A DNA stretch of 64,000 bases from Lepidodermella squamata (Eukaryota; Animalia; Gastrotricha), in contig JBLDXI010000010.1 in NCBI GenBank assembly GCA_047495785.1, forward strand, positions 186,001 to 250,000, read 5' to 3'. Each line of letters begins with the position of its first letter. Within the stretch, counting starts at the first letter, position 1. Under the pieces are notes generated by a model, which worked only from the letters and a program-made list of their open reading frames with translations, searched no databases and was not told where the DNA came from. A program made the translations under genes and the position numbers. Positions 48,743 to 62,100 of the stretch are shown here, in pieces.

Positions 48743-49556
48743 CTGCAGTAAGTTCCTGGATTTTCGAGGTATTTAACGCCCGCAATCTCGAGGCCTAAAG
48801 AAGTAAAAGAATGAACACTTTCGGGAAAATTAAGGTGCTAATGACTGTCGAAAATTTTTTTAGAAAAAATGTTGTTGATGTTATTGAATTTTCGAAGATC
48901 AAGTGGCTTTTCCGGACAAGTTCTGCCCGACATAGAAAGTGCCAAAAAACGCTGGCATTATCGCCATTTGCTGGAAATTGCTGGAAACAAATAATAATTG
49001 AGAAACAAATCGCAATTATCACATTTTAGCTCAGCTGGTCCGATCTTCGCATAGCAAAGCTAAATTTTCAGTTTATCAGTTTTACGTGGATTCGGCTCGT
49101 CAAATAATCTCCTTTCGTCTACTCCATGGCTTGATTCCATGCTCCATTTATCCTGGAGTAATAGTACATGTCTATTCCTCCAAGCCATTTATGGGGAGTA
49201 AAACGAAAAAAATTTAATGTGGATTTCGAAATGCGGGTGATTTGTATCAATGTATCAGCAAAACACTTCAGTGAAACGACAGGATAGCATAACAGCGGGC
49301 CGATTTTGATCATGGCTTCCTCCATCAGAAAAATGCGGTTTCGTTAACGTTGACCGACTTGTATTGCCCGCTGGGAAATATTTCGCTGATTCATTTTTCT
49401 TTTGAATCCTGAAATTTCAATAAAGCGGACGAAGAGGGAGCAATTAAAATTCTTATTACTTCGACATCATTTAGACTTTATTTAGAATGGCGGCTTCTTC
49501 AAGGTTTATTATTTTTGTTCACTGAGATAATTTTCAACACTGTTGCAACAACTTGT

Positions 49557-49572
49557 GGCCCTGAAAAGGGCC
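49557..49572 (-). promoter_or_regulatory. Histone 3' stem-loop of H2A
   Basis: GGCCCTTTTCAGGGCC on the minus strand. Confidence 0.92.
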
Positions 49573-49611
49573 GGTTCATGCTTTTGAAAAGCTGCGATGA
49601 TTGTAAGTCGC

Positions 49612-50055
49612 TTATTGAGACTGGCTCGCGGCAGCCTTCTTCTTGCCACCAGACGCCGGCTTGGCAGCAGGAGCCTCGGCGGTCTTCTTTGGCAGCAAAA
49701 CGGTCTGGATGTTAGGCAGAACACCACCTTGAGCAATCGTAACATGCGACAGCAGCTTGTTCAACTCCTCGTCGTTGCGGATCGCCAGTTGGATGTGGCG
49801 GGGAACGATGCGAGTCTTCTTGTTATCACGAGCGGCGTTGCCGGCCAACTCGAGCACTTCAGCAGCGAGGTATTCCATGACAGCGGCTAGGTACACAGGT
49901 GCACCCGCGCCGACACGCTCGGCGTAATTACCGCGCTTCAACAAACGGGTAATACGACCAACCGGGAATTGGAGCCCGGCACGCGATGACTTGGTCTTCG
50001 CCTTCTGGCGGTTAGCCTTGCCTCCCTTACCACGACCAGCAGCTGGAGCGGACAT
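49612..50055 (-). CDS. H2A: Histone H2A with an extended tail ending ASQSQ
   Basis: [43 protein letters not shown]. Confidence 0.97.
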   Translation of the reverse strand: MSAPAAGRGKGGKANRQKAKTKSSRAGLQFPVGRITRLLKRGNYAERVGAGAPVYLAAVMEYLAAEVLELAGNAARDNKKTRIVPRHIQLAIRNDEELNKLLSHVTIAQGGVLPNIQTVLLPKKTAEAPAAKPASGGKKKAAASQSQ

Positions 50056-50427
50056 GTTTTGATGTTTTAGTATTGAAAGTGAGAAATTCCTCAAATTTAA
50101 ATGAGCACGAACACTAAAAAATGGTAAATTTTCGCTCAAATACCTCGCATCGGCATTAATTTGAGCGCCAAATTTGAAATTTTATGTTTACGATATAATT
50201 AGCCAATAAACGATCGAGGCACGTGCTCTAATAATAATCCTCGCAATTTTATTGGTTGGAAGTGAGCGCGCGGGTGGCAATAAAAACAAAGCACGTGTGC
50301 GCGCGCTAATTCTGTCGCACTAATGCCACGTGCCACGTTTAATGTTTCACGATTTTCACAAACACTGTTCGGAAAAGCTAGTAAATACACGCATTTTTCA
50401 CCTTGCTAAAATCAATCATCTTCGATA
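50056..50427. promoter_or_regulatory. Bidirectional H2A/H2B promoter
   Basis: 372-bp gap between divergent histone genes with CCAAT (~50203) and ATTGG (~50251) boxes. Confidence 0.6.
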
Positions 50428-50802
50428 ATGTCGCCTAAAGTCACTGGTAAAGTTGCTTCGAAGGGTTCGAAGAAAGCCGCCAAGCCGAAGACCGCTGGCG
50501 AGAAGAAAAAGCGCCATCGCCGCCGCGAGTCGTACAACATTTACATCTACAAAGTGTTGAAGCAAGTGCACCCTGACACCGGCATCTCCGGCAAGGCTAT
50601 GGCCATTATGAACTCGTTTGTCAACGACATTTTCGAGCGCATCGCCCTCGAGTCGTCGCGCCTGGCTCACTACAACAAGAAGGCCACCATCAGCAGTCGA
50701 GAGGTACAAACGGCTGTTCGTCTCCTGCTGCCTGGTGAGCTTGCCAAGCACGCCGTCTCGGAAGGCACCAAGGCCGTCACCAAGTACACCAGCTCAAAAT
50801 AA
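50428..50802 (+). CDS. H2B: Histone H2B
   Basis: [40 protein letters not shown]. Confidence 0.98.
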   Translation: MSPKVTGKVASKGSKKAAKPKTAGEKKKRHRRRESYNIYIYKVLKQVHPDTGISGKAMAIMNSFVNDIFERIALESSRLAHYNKKATISSREVQTAVRLLLPGELAKHAVSEGTKAVTKYTSSK

Positions 50803-50845
50803 GCTGCCTTGAAGACATCAGCACCGTCTTCTTACTGTCCGAACC

Positions 50846-50861
50846 GGCCCTTTTCAGGGCC
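50846..50861 (+). promoter_or_regulatory. Histone 3' stem-loop of H2B
   Basis: GGCCCTTTTCAGGGCC. Confidence 0.92.
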
Positions 50862-52043
50862 ACAAGTTGTTGCAACAGTGTTTTCTTTGTTCTTTGTTTT
50901 TAAATAAAAAATTGTCATGGAAAATTTTATTGACAAGGAAGGCGAAAATAAAAAAGAAAAAATAATGTTCTCAAGATGGCATCTTCCCTTGGACTCGCCC
51001 TCCAAGCCAAGATGAGTAATCTTAAAAAACCTCATGCGCTAATTTCACACGGTTACCAAGCTATCGTTGCTCAAAGTTGAACAAGTGAAAAATAAAAAAC
51101 CCCTGGACGGGGATAATCTCTTTTTCGCCTAACTTAAATATGTGGTTATTTATACAGAAGTGTAATTTTGAAAAATTTAATCCATGGTGTTGGATCAGGA
51201 GCTCCAATTGTATAAATAAGTTTTAAACTTTTACCTCTTAAATGAGGGAAATGAATAAATGTGCGTGGATTCCAATTTCAGAACCAGTCTTTTTCTTTTA
51301 ATTCTCACGCCATAATATTTTTGTCCGCTAAAAAAATTAAGGCAACGACGACAACCCAATCTAAAAAGTATTACCACCGTAAAACGTGCGAATCCTTTCT
51401 GAAAATCAATAACTACCTTAATGTTCACATTAATTCATGGGATTTTTTCGCACATGATTCATGTCAACCTTTTGTAATATGAATAATATAGTACTTAAAC
51501 GGAAAAAATCTCATGAATTCATGTGACAATTCTAGCATATAGATGGTCTCAAATGCAAGCGACGATATCGCTGTGGCTGTGCGCCAGAACGCCTCGCCTA
51601 TAATAAAAACGGCGTAGAACTAAAGTTTTGCTATGCTAGCCAGATCGCTGAACGCCGCCGTTTTTTGGTTGTTTAGATAATGTCCAACATTTCCGGCATT
51701 GAAATTTGGTTTTTAGACTCGACCGTAAACCTTCGTTCTACCTATCTTTCGCACATACAAGCAAAAAACTGATGATCACCGATTTGGCTCGCGATAATAT
51801 TCAATTTTTTAATTTAAATGTAAATTTTGCAATTTAATTTTTAATTAATTATCATTTTGTAATTAGGCGCCGAAGAGGCAACCGAAATATGAGCAATGAG
51901 ATTGGAGCAAAACGAGAACTGTCGGATGCGAAAAATCGCACATTAATGAATCCACCTTTATAAAACTCCGCTAAAAAATCCGCTTATCTCGTTTTGCTCT
52001 CTTGCAAACATCCAGTCTGCGCATCAAAAGCGTTACCTACGCC

Positions 52044-53552
52044 ATGCTTTCTAATCTAGAGGAGTCATTCTTTCTCATAGCCAGCGATATGCTCTCGCAG
52101 CTCGCAGGTATCTCAGTCTCTGATAATTCCACCTTTATAATAACAGTTTTTCCGTCTTTTAGGGGCATTTTATTTATTTTATTATTGTGTTATAAGAGAT
52201 TTATCAATCAATTATTTTTAGTAGTATTTATGGTTATATCGCATGATAAATTAGCTTGCGGTGGAGGATGTTGCATTTCAGAACCCGACTATCACCGCCA
52301 ACTGCTGGACAGTGTGGCCGTACTTGCAGAACACACCGGCCGCTATTTGATGAGTGACACTGACGACGACGGCATCGATTTGGTCGACTCTGATTTACAC
52401 GGATCTGTTTACATCAGCATCCTACATCAAAGTGAAACGTCCGCCAAAGTCTGCAACCTCATCATCGCCGCTATTTTAAAAGGCGATCGTAATTCATTTC
52501 TGGAAGCTATTGGCACAAAATTAACGCCAAAGTTGGAGATTCTGCTACGTTGCGCTGTCGTAACTAGGGACGCTGAAACGTTGCGATGGGCTCTTGAAGG
52601 TGCGAAGCGAGTCACGCTGCTGGCCTGCCTCAGCGCCTCGCTACTTCGCAAGTCGATAACTAGTTTCTTCGACCAGGGTGTTCAAATCTTGCTGGAATTC
52701 GGTGCTTCGGCCAATAAAGGCATCTCCGCAGATTTCTCCTACCGGCCGCTATCTCGCGCTACTTATATATTCGTCGTTTACGATTTTGACCGCTATGCAG
52801 ATGAGGCGAAAGAGATCGAAAGTAGGGTTCAACCTGTCAACGACCGAGTGAAAAGCTTGGAAAAAATTACGGCGGCTCTTATTAAGTTCGGAGCCGATTT
52901 AACGGCTCGAATTTCAGACGTTTCGACTGGTGATATTGCACTCCACCGCGTCGCCTGGATTGCAATGCGAAGCCCAGAGACGGCGCGGCTCATTATCGAC
53001 GCGACACTCGCGGCTGGTTTAACCAACACCTTCGAATCACCCATGCATTCGCCTATGGCCTATTCATTAAACGTGGCAGCTCAACTCTATAGGTCGACCG
53101 AAAATCGGAGAAAAACGGCGAGTATTTTAAAATTCGCTGTGTTACCCCTACTTCAAGCCGGCGCTGCTTCTGGCCTTGATCCGCTGGGCGATGGTGAATT
53201 CATGCGAGATTATGCCACATTTTTTCGATCAACTCGCGACGACGATACGTTGAGTATCGAAATTTGGGGCCGACCGGAGGTTAGCACGGAGTTTCTGATC
53301 GAAGCGCGTCGGAGAGGTTCGCTCAATGTGAAATCAGTCATGCGAGTCTGCGACCATTTCGGGCCGGTTGTTGAGTATTTTTTTCGCCTGATTCGCGCTC
53401 AATTTCCCCGCTCGCTACAGGCGATTTGCCGGCTGCAAATTCTACGCCGCTTGCCGGTTGGCTCAAAGTCACGTGATGCGGCTATCGACGCCTTAGAACT
53501 GCCGCTTCTTCTTTCCGAGTACCTGAAATTTCACGATCTGGACGGCCGGTGA
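52044..53552 (+). CDS. Ankyrin-like repeat and SOCS-box protein (ASB-like); probable intron ~52108-52254
   Basis: C-terminal SOCS box PRSLQAICRLQILRRL..IDALELPLLLSEYL; ankyrin-like VQILLEFGASAN and LIKFGADL..GDIALH. Confidence 0.7.
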   Translation: MLSNLEESFFLIASDMLSQLAGISVSDNSTFIITVFPSFRGILFILLLCYKRFINQLFLVVFMVISHDKLACGGGCCISEPDYHRQLLDSVAVLAEHTGRYLMSDTDDDGIDLVDSDLHGSVYISILHQSETSAKVCNLIIAAILKGDRNSFLEAIGTKLTPKLEILLRCAVVTRDAETLRWALEGAKRVTLLACLSASLLRKSITSFFDQGVQILLEFGASANKGISADFSYRPLSRATYIFVVYDFDRYADEAKEIESRVQPVNDRVKSLEKITAALIKFGADLTARISDVSTGDIALHRVAWIAMRSPETARLIIDATLAAGLTNTFESPMHSPMAYSLNVAAQLYRSTENRRKTASILKFAVLPLLQAGAASGLDPLGDGEFMRDYATFFRSTRDDDTLSIEIWGRPEVSTEFLIEARRRGSLNVKSVMRVCDHFGPVVEYFFRLIRAQFPRSLQAICRLQILRRLPVGSKSRDAAIDALELPLLLSEYLKFHDLDGR

Positions 53553-54138
53553 CGATGATAAATCCAATTTATTACTGCCACAAAGGACTATTCAAAATTT
53601 TCCCGGTTTTTATAATAGGAAACGAGAATTCTTTCAACGAATAATCATTCGAATTGAGTTGATTTATTGAAAACACTGATAATTTATATTTATTCCTGTT
53701 TTGTTTTTTTAACTGTCTTCACATTTTAAATATATTGCTGCTATGCACGTCGATATTTCATTGTTAGAAATTGAATTTCTATCTAAAACAAAATATTTTA
53801 CGAGTAAATTACCATTCGCAGATTACCTCAAATGGCTTAGCCAAAAAACTGCGCAACTCTTCGCCTCTCTTAATTCCTACCTATATATTTTAATGCAAAA
53901 ATTGCTGATGATACTTCAAAATAAAAATATTTGAAAAAATCAAGTTGGTGTGTTTTCAGATAATTTGAGCCGAAGTAGCCACCCAGAATTATTTGCCAGT
54001 TGCGACAATGAGAGCAAAACTCATAACGATGAAATAAACCAGTGTCAGATCTATCTTTTTTATTCATCTATGATAAGAAAAATTCGGAATTTTCGCGCTA
54101 ACTAATGCTGTCGAGAAATATTATGAAGAATACTTTAA

Positions 54139-55706
54139 CCCTCAGCAAATTTATTCTTTTCGTCAGCAAATTGTGTTTTTGCTCAGCAAAATTTTTTTCT
54201 TCAGAACCTATTTTATTTCTTCAGCAAAGGTATTTTTCTCCTCAGCAAGTGTTAATCAACTAATGACTAAAAAATTTATACTATTAGTTGCAAAGAGTTC
54301 GAGCCATTACAACGCGCTTAGTAAGTTTATTAGCAGCAATTTTATCGCAAATTTTTCGCCTAATCAGATCCACATGATTGAGTGAAGTGAAATAATAAAT
54401 TTGCGCAACGCTTTGCGTTTTTGCGCCTCAGAGAACTGGTGCAAGCGAGCGTGTCCTGGTTGAGGACTCGTGGCGAACTTTGATCGGGGCGGCTTGACAT
54501 GAAGTGCCAGTTTTCGGCCCGCAAAGTTCGACCACGATGTGACACGCGTCAGCTTTCTCGATTTCGGAGCACGAATTTAAACTACCTGTTCTGATTCCCT
54601 TCAGGCATCTGTAATATCACACTTGGCGTTTCATTTTTGGTTTCACACCACTGCTAACCCGAAAAGGCTATTTCTGCCTAGTGGCGTAACCAGCTGTTTG
54701 TTTTGGTTGTTCAAACAACTACCAAAATGAAAACTCAAAAACCCCTCTTCGGCCTGTTTTCTCAAATTGGAGGGAATTTTTTCATATTTTCGATAGTTTT
54801 GGAAAATCGGCACTCTTCGACCTTGGAAAAATGAAAAGTTCACTCTCAGATCCACAACAACTAGTCGTCTGTTATCTGGGCGCAGTAGCCTTAGCCACTC
54901 ACAAACGAGCACGCGCGTGACAAAAATTCGAAAAAATAATAAATTAAAATTATTAACACTTGCTGAGGAGAAAAATACCTCTGCTGAAGAAATAAAAGGT
55001 TGTGTGCGAAAAGAGCAAGCGAAATAAGAGCAATGATATTAGAGCAATGACATGAGAGCAAAACGAAATAAGAGCAACGAGATAAGAGCAAGATGACATA
55101 AGAGCAATTATATTATATTTGATTTACACTGTGAATGTATGACTTAAGAGCAAGCGAAAAAAGCGCAGCGAAAAAAGAGCAAGCGATATGAGAGCAAACG
55201 AAAAGAGAGCAAACGAAATAAGAGCATAACGAGATAAGAGCAATGTAATAAAAAGAGCAATTTTTTGGTACATTGATATGGCAAAAATGGCGTCAAGCAC
55301 GCGATGTTGCTCATTATTTCTCATTAGCAGCCCCAAATCCAACCGAAAAAGCGGGTTTCGTTGCCAATTCTTCGAAGAAAAAACTGATTGGGCGCGTGCG
55401 AACTTATTGTTGTGGGACGGAAGCTTGACAGAAAAAATGGCCGCGTAAAAGAATAGCATTTATATAGCGAATAGAAATAACAATATTGCTCTTACATTAA
55501 ATTGCTCTTATGTCGTTCTGCTCTTATTTCGCTGCTCATATCTCGCTGCTCTTATTTCGTTTTGCTCTCATGTCATTGCTCTTATATCATTGCTCTTATT
55601 TCGCTTGCTCTTTTCGCACACAACCAAATAAAATAGGTTCTGACGGAAAAAAATTTTGCTGAACAAAAACACAATTTTCTGACGAAAAGAATAAATTTGC
55701 TGAGGG
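54139..55706. mobile_element. Non-autonomous DNA element with ~115-bp TIRs; right TIR interrupted by a second MITE
   Basis: CCCTCAGCAAATTTATTCTTTTCGTCAG..GCAAGTGTTAAT is inverted at 54952-54997 plus 55634-55706. Confidence 0.75.
54998..55625. mobile_element. Foldback/Mutator-like MITE with modular AAGAGCAA TIRs and an 8-bp TSD
   Basis: Ends GGTTGTGTGCGAAAAGAGC and GCTCTTTTCGCACACAACC; TSD AAATAAAA; the empty site is preserved in the outer element's left TIR. Confidence 0.85.
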
Positions 55707-56194
55707 AAAAAGGTAGGTCCAATATTATTGCATTTTTACAGCTAGCGATGCGAAAATGCGCCCAAAAATTAAGGTTTCCACGCAATTTCGAGAGCCACGA
55801 AAATTTCAACACAAAGTGAAACTATAACGCTCTTTATTTTATATCAAATTCTGTGTCAATATACATAATGATTAGATCGCTTGTTGCCGAAGAAATGAGC
55901 AATTTCTCCATCAGTTTTTTACATTCGAAAAGCGAAAAGTCCTCAGCGGAATTTTTTCGTAACTAGAGTCACTCTGAATCCTCGAATGCAAGAGCACCAA
56001 AATCACATGCTTTACAGAGCAGAAAGGCTGGAAATAAAAGGCGCAGAAAGAACAAACAAGAATAATGGCATCAATTATTATCCAAGTTATACACATTGAA
56101 TTGAAACAAATTTTGCAATAAAGAAATAACAATTTTTATTCTCAATATTTTTCATTTTATCATATAATTATTATGCATTTTTCTAGCAATATTC

Positions 56195-59100
56195 TCAGCC
56201 CAGTTCGGACCGCGATCGATCTGATAATTGGTAACGAGGTGAATCGCCATCGTCGTCCGAATCATCGCTGGTGGCGGCACTGCCATCCTCCGAATCATCA
56301 TCGTCATCCTCTTCCTCCTCCTCAGAAACTTCCTCTTCATCATCTTCCTCAACTTCTTCATCCGACCCAACCGGCTCATAGCTCTAGAAATAAAATAAAT
56401 ATTAAATAAATTGATAAAAAAATATACAAAAATCTGGTATTTGGATGTTTACCTCGTCTTCTGAAGATTCTCCAGGAACCATTTCACCGAATGAACTGTC
56501 GCCCTGCATCAAACTGCTCGCATTTCCGAAAAGAACAGGCGAGCCAACTTCGCTGCTGCCCGCTAGACCACTCGCCCCCAGAACAGGCGGTGGGGATGCG
56601 AGACCGCCTCGACTTCTCGACTCGTGGTCAACGCCTCGTGAAGATCCTGAGCCGATTCTAGGGACTGGCGGGGCAGCGTGACGCCTGCGGCGGTGGCGAT
56701 GTGAGCCGGAGTGGTGGTGAGACGAATCGGACGAGTCGTCTTCGCTCATTGAAGATTCGGAGCCGAGCATCGACGAGTCATCATCATCGCCAGAATCGGA
56801 CGAATCGTCGTCGTCATCATCGTCATCATCATCACCACGCTCATCTTCATGGTCACTCTCGCCGAGACCTGGTAAAAGAAAAGTGGAAAAGAAAAATAAT
56901 TAGCTTCAAATTTTCAAAATAATTAAAACTCCAATTTATTAAGGTGGAATATTTATTTTTTCTACAGTGACTGGATTCTTTTATAGTCATTAAGATGATA
57001 TCGCTTTACCACCAAACCTTACGACTAAATAGTGAGAAAATCCTGGTTTAGAGTTACACCGGACCACAGTTCTCAGGCTTGTCAAAAGGTTTGAAAATCA
57101 CGGGAAAGTTGATGATTCACCGCGAAGCGGCCGCCCGAAAGGTGAGCGCGTTCGACGTTACTACACCTTGAACCCAATGTCCACCACATACCAGCGTTCC
57201 ATTTCATTGCGCCTTAACACGGCTTCAATTTTACGCATTTTGCGAACACGCCTCAAATTCCATCCCTATAAGATGTACATCACGCAGCAGCTGAAGTCAT
57301 TTGATTTTGCTAGTCGACGAACATTTTGTACCTCGATGGCATTCTTGGAGATCGAATTGTTGGTCCCATTATTTTCGAGGGGAATGTGGACGGTGCTGAG
57401 TACCTCAGGAAGCTCAAGGAGGAAATTATGCCCCTAGTACCCGCGTGCCAACAGCGTTACCGCTCATTTTGAACGAGGTTAAAAACTCGGAAAATCCCAA
57501 GTTTCACAAATTGTAGTTATTTCAGGTTTCCCTTGCAGATGCTTTGAATTTTTGACAATTTAGAACGCCCAACTTAAAGAAATTTTTGGCGCTCGTTTGC
57601 GTATTTAATGGCCTCATGAGTTTCAATATTCGACCTTGAAATGGTATTCGAAGTCTCTGAAAATCAATTTTCGCATGAATCACCTGAGTCCAATCTCAAA
57701 CCAAAAATGATAGCACCTACTGAGAATTTCAAGCTAAAAACCCAGATTTCAAACGATCAACCGCGAAAGAGATATTATCAAATGCAAAGCAAGGTTACCC
57801 ACCGCCGCTTTTTTACAATTTTTATGGTGGACAATTTATTTTCTCAGTTTAGCTCAGTTTATTAGAGTTATCTCGGTTAAAAGTCTTAATTAAAATAGGA
57901 TACCTCCCACCATCTTTTAGAAAATAATTCGATAAAAACATACCATCAGCGTTGTCTGGAGGATGAGCCAGACCAACCGCGTAGAGTCTCGAGCAAGAAT
58001 CACCCCCACCATCATTAGTAGCCGTCATATCGTTGTCAACCAGTGCAACGGTGTGATCATCGGGATGAACCGCCAAATCGAAGATATTCCGCTTAACATC
58101 AACACTCGCAATTGGCGTGTAGTCATCGGCATGGAAAGTTCGGAACATCGAACCAAACGGACTCTTCGACCCGGAACCAGGGTGGTTGGCCGATGCGAAG
58201 AAGTCAGGGTCTGAACGCAAAACAGCACCATATAGCACCTCGCCAGTTCCGCTGAACACAATTGAGCACTGGTTCAGATCGGGAACGGTTCGTAACAACC
58301 GGTACGTCCTCAAGTCCCAAACCTCGCAGTTAATAATAACCTCAAGCCCGGACGGGTGGAAAACGCCGGAAACATCCGCGTTCAACTTGTCGAATTTATG
58401 AATGTGTTTTTTCGATTTCACGTCCCAAAGGAGACCGTCAGATAAAACCAGTTTATCACCCGGGTCGAGATGGGCTCGGTTATACGTGTAGCCGCTAGAC
58501 CGTTCCTGGTCGTACAGGGTCATAACCAAACTACCGGTTGTAACATCGTAAAGATGAGCAATCGATTCCTGAGTTCCAATAATCAGAGGGGCGCTTGATG
58601 AGGTCAAAGAGCCATGCCCGAATTCAACGTAGTTATCGTCATTTAAGGAGGCTTTTTGGTCGGGTTGTGAGTCTCGCTCTAAAATTCCGCTTTGAGGCAC
58701 CCGCATCGACCATAACGCTGACAACGGATGGCCCCAGGTTGATGACGTCACGAATAGCTGAGTGTTAGTAAACCACGGCGCGAATTCGATGTGGGTCAAC
58801 GGGCTAGGGTGGCACGTGAATACGCCCGCCTCAGTCCCGGAGTCAGAGTCGAAAATCAAAATATCGCCCGTATCAGTTCCGATGGCCAGCCCGTTCCAGA
58901 CCGTGGGCAAAAAGCTGCAACAAGTGAATTGTAAACCCTCGGCATGTCGAATCGTTCGAATCGGCTGGAAACGGCTGAATACAAACTGCCGGTTCAGCCT
59001 TCGACCTTGCGGGCCGCCCCACCTAGTTACCACGTGACTCATATTGGCGCGACGGGGTAGCGACTGCGGGGCGCAAGTTGCTGTAGCGAGGGGCACTGGG

Positions 59101-62100
59101 CACTTGTGAGGGGTTAGCAGCGAAAAAGTCGGGCAAATCGACATAGGAACTGGGCAACTGGAGTGCTGCTGCCTTAAATAAGCAGCTACGATATCGTCAA
59201 GGGTCGAAGCTAGGGCTTCGTTATTTTCATGAAAACTCCGCGATGAACCCATCAGATTCTCACTCTGCGAGGCTAATTCCGCCCTCTTCAGGAAGGACGG
59301 CTGACGAGGCGCCGGGGAGTGGCGGACATTGATCGGTAATTTCACCCCGGGTGGGGGTGGGTTGGCCTTTTTGACCGGGGCGGTCGCGCCGAGTAAACTT
59401 TGCCGCAGCAGCAAATTATTCGACCGGCTGATTTTCGGAATTTTCGCCGCTAAATTGGTCTTTTTAGCGGGTAATGTGTCCAACATTTCCGTCAAGCTCG
59501 GCATCATCGAACTCCGAACTGGTAAATTTTGCATATTACCCTCAGTCAATAGCTGTTTCATCATATCTTCCATGCCGTTAACTTTCAGGAACGAGTACAT
59601 CAGCATTACTAACTCACGTTTATCGTAACGATACGACGTTCTAGCAACAATTTCTGTCCGTCGAATTTGTTCCCGCATTTCTTCCTCAGTAGGTAGACGC
59701 ATCCCGGAGACGCGTTCGGCTAATTCAGAGGCGTAACGGCAGAACCGGGTGTGTTCCTGCAATTTATCCTGAAGAACCGGCTCTTTAACCAGGGCCTGTA
59801 ATTGGCCGTGGTCGAACAGGGATAAACGGGATAAAATTTGGCGAATTGTGTCAGATTGAGCTAGGCCTAACAAAACCCGGCAGGCGTGCATTCGAATCGC
59901 ATCTGCCTCGGTCACCGGGGTTTTCGTGAACAACAAATCTCTCAATCTCATGATACCATCATTCATCTGAATGCACTCAAACACAGTTGATGGGCTATTT
60001 TCAGTCGGACTTTTATGCTTATCCTCACCGCCATCAGCCGGGTCGAAGGGCGACGGCGGCCGTGACCACTTAGATTTCGACGCAAGTTGCGATAACGGGG
60101 TATTTGGCGCGTTCGCCGGCCGGTTGAATACCATGTTGGTAGACGGGGTCGACATAACAACAGGCGGCGGCCGCATCGACGATGGCGAGTTCGATTTCGC
60201 GTGCTCAGGATTCGCCGAAACGCAGAGGACCGTCAAAAAACTTAAGGCGGATTTAACAACAGACGCATCGCCCGCTCGTTCGGAATGAGTAGCTTCAAGT
60301 GCGACAATCACCCCGGAAGTCTTATCAGGGCAACGAGGGCACTCTAAGCCGTGGCACATCGATGTAGAAACCTGGCGTTCGATGCAGCAAGCGGCTAAGG
60401 AGTCGAAAATTGCGACTAAGGTTTCAGTGCGGCCTGTATACGATTCTTGCCCGACCAACATATGAGCCAATCTCACCAGTAATTCAGGCCCGTTCAACCC
60501 CGAAAATTTCTGAATCGGCAACCACTGGATTCGCTTCGGCAATTTCTGCCCAGTTTCGTTTTGAGCGGCTATCGCGTCGAGGCAAATGTCAAGATCTGCA
60601 TGGCGCTGTTCGGGCGATGCCTGGACAACCGCGACTGACGAGTGAACGGAGGGTGCTGGCAACGTCTGCGGGCCAATCGATGAAGCAGTGGGTGATAGTG
60701 ACCCAATAGGCGGTGCGAAACTAGTCGTAGGGGTGGTTGTTGAGGTGATTAGAGGCAACGCGCCGTTTTGCGACGGTTTCGCTGCGATTGCGGTGGCTCG
60801 AAGGTGGAGATGCGTGTCGAAATAGGCTTTCATAGCCAGGGCCGGGTAACGAGCGGCCTGGCAAGCTGCTATCACTTCATCAGACTCTTTTTCCTCACTT
60901 TCTTCATCCTCATCTTCATCGCTTATATCACTATCGTCCCCTTCGCTATCACTCATTTCAGCCTCGTCGTCCATATTAACGACTATCGGTTCCCAGTCGT
61001 CGTTAGCCGGTATTACAGGGCCTGGGTCGGCTTGAGCGGCCGGTGCATTTGCCTGTGCCTGGTTCGCCGGCTGGTTTTGCTGCCTTTGTCTCGCTCCATT
61101 TATCAGATCCGACAAATTCATCGAACCGTCCTCCAGAAAACTCGGCATGCTCTGGTCAGTTCGATTAGCTATTTCGTCCGGGTTTGTGTGGAAAATTGCG
61201 AGGGTCGACAGGGAGTTGTAAAGGTAACTAATGCCATTGCACGAGTCGAAAACCTCCAGAATTTGATTGTAAGGTAACATAGCTGCCAGGAATAAAGCCG
61301 CGTGATTTCGGCTTGACACGTAACCAGACTGAACCAAACCCAAGGCGTACTCCATCAATTGGAGCAAAACTGGCCGGGTTAACGAGCTACACATTCTATT
61401 CGCGGTGTGTTCGAAATACGAAAGGTAATACAGACAAAGTGCGACGCCAGCAGCTGGTAACGTTGTCCTTGGCACAGAGCTCAATAATCGAGAAACTGAT
61501 GATTGCTGTTGAATGAATTCAGACGCTAGTTTTCGATGGCAAAGTAGACTGGCTAAAAGGCAGAGAGCTTCGAACGTTAATCTAGCATCCCCGACGTATC
61601 TCATATCAAGATAGTAGTCAACCAGCGACATCACATTTGACTTCTGCATTACCGGAAGCAAGTCCTGGTATTGAGCCACCGGGGCCAAAAACTGGAGGTA
61701 CAAGCGCTGACGAACGTTGGGAGTGACTGGATACAACGAATTATCGCCGATAATCAAAGCAACGTCGGATAGCATGGAGCTGATTTCGTCTGCCGGGTTT
61801 TGAGGTGGAGAAACCGCACCGTTTCCGTTTTCCATGCGACGCTGCTTCGCCGATGGTTCGTCGCCATTAGACACCGGAGCTGGCCGTTTCTGGCCAATAG
61901 AAGCCGGATCGGCTTCCTTTTTCGCATTGATAATTTGCCAAATCTCCTCTAGAACCACTCCAGCCTTTTAAAACAACGACGAGGTAACAAATCAAATAAT
62001 TACAAAATTGAAAACTAACAATTCTTTGATTATGTTCTTTAAAATTGACACTTAGCTCAGCTTGCATAGCGCTACCAAGTATGCCAATGCTATACGCCCG

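Noticed and set aside
57963-61516. Plus-strand ORFs overlapping DCAF1, and similar antisense ORFs over the UGT, histone and LINE genes
   Set aside because: Shadow ORFs of real genes on the opposite strand.
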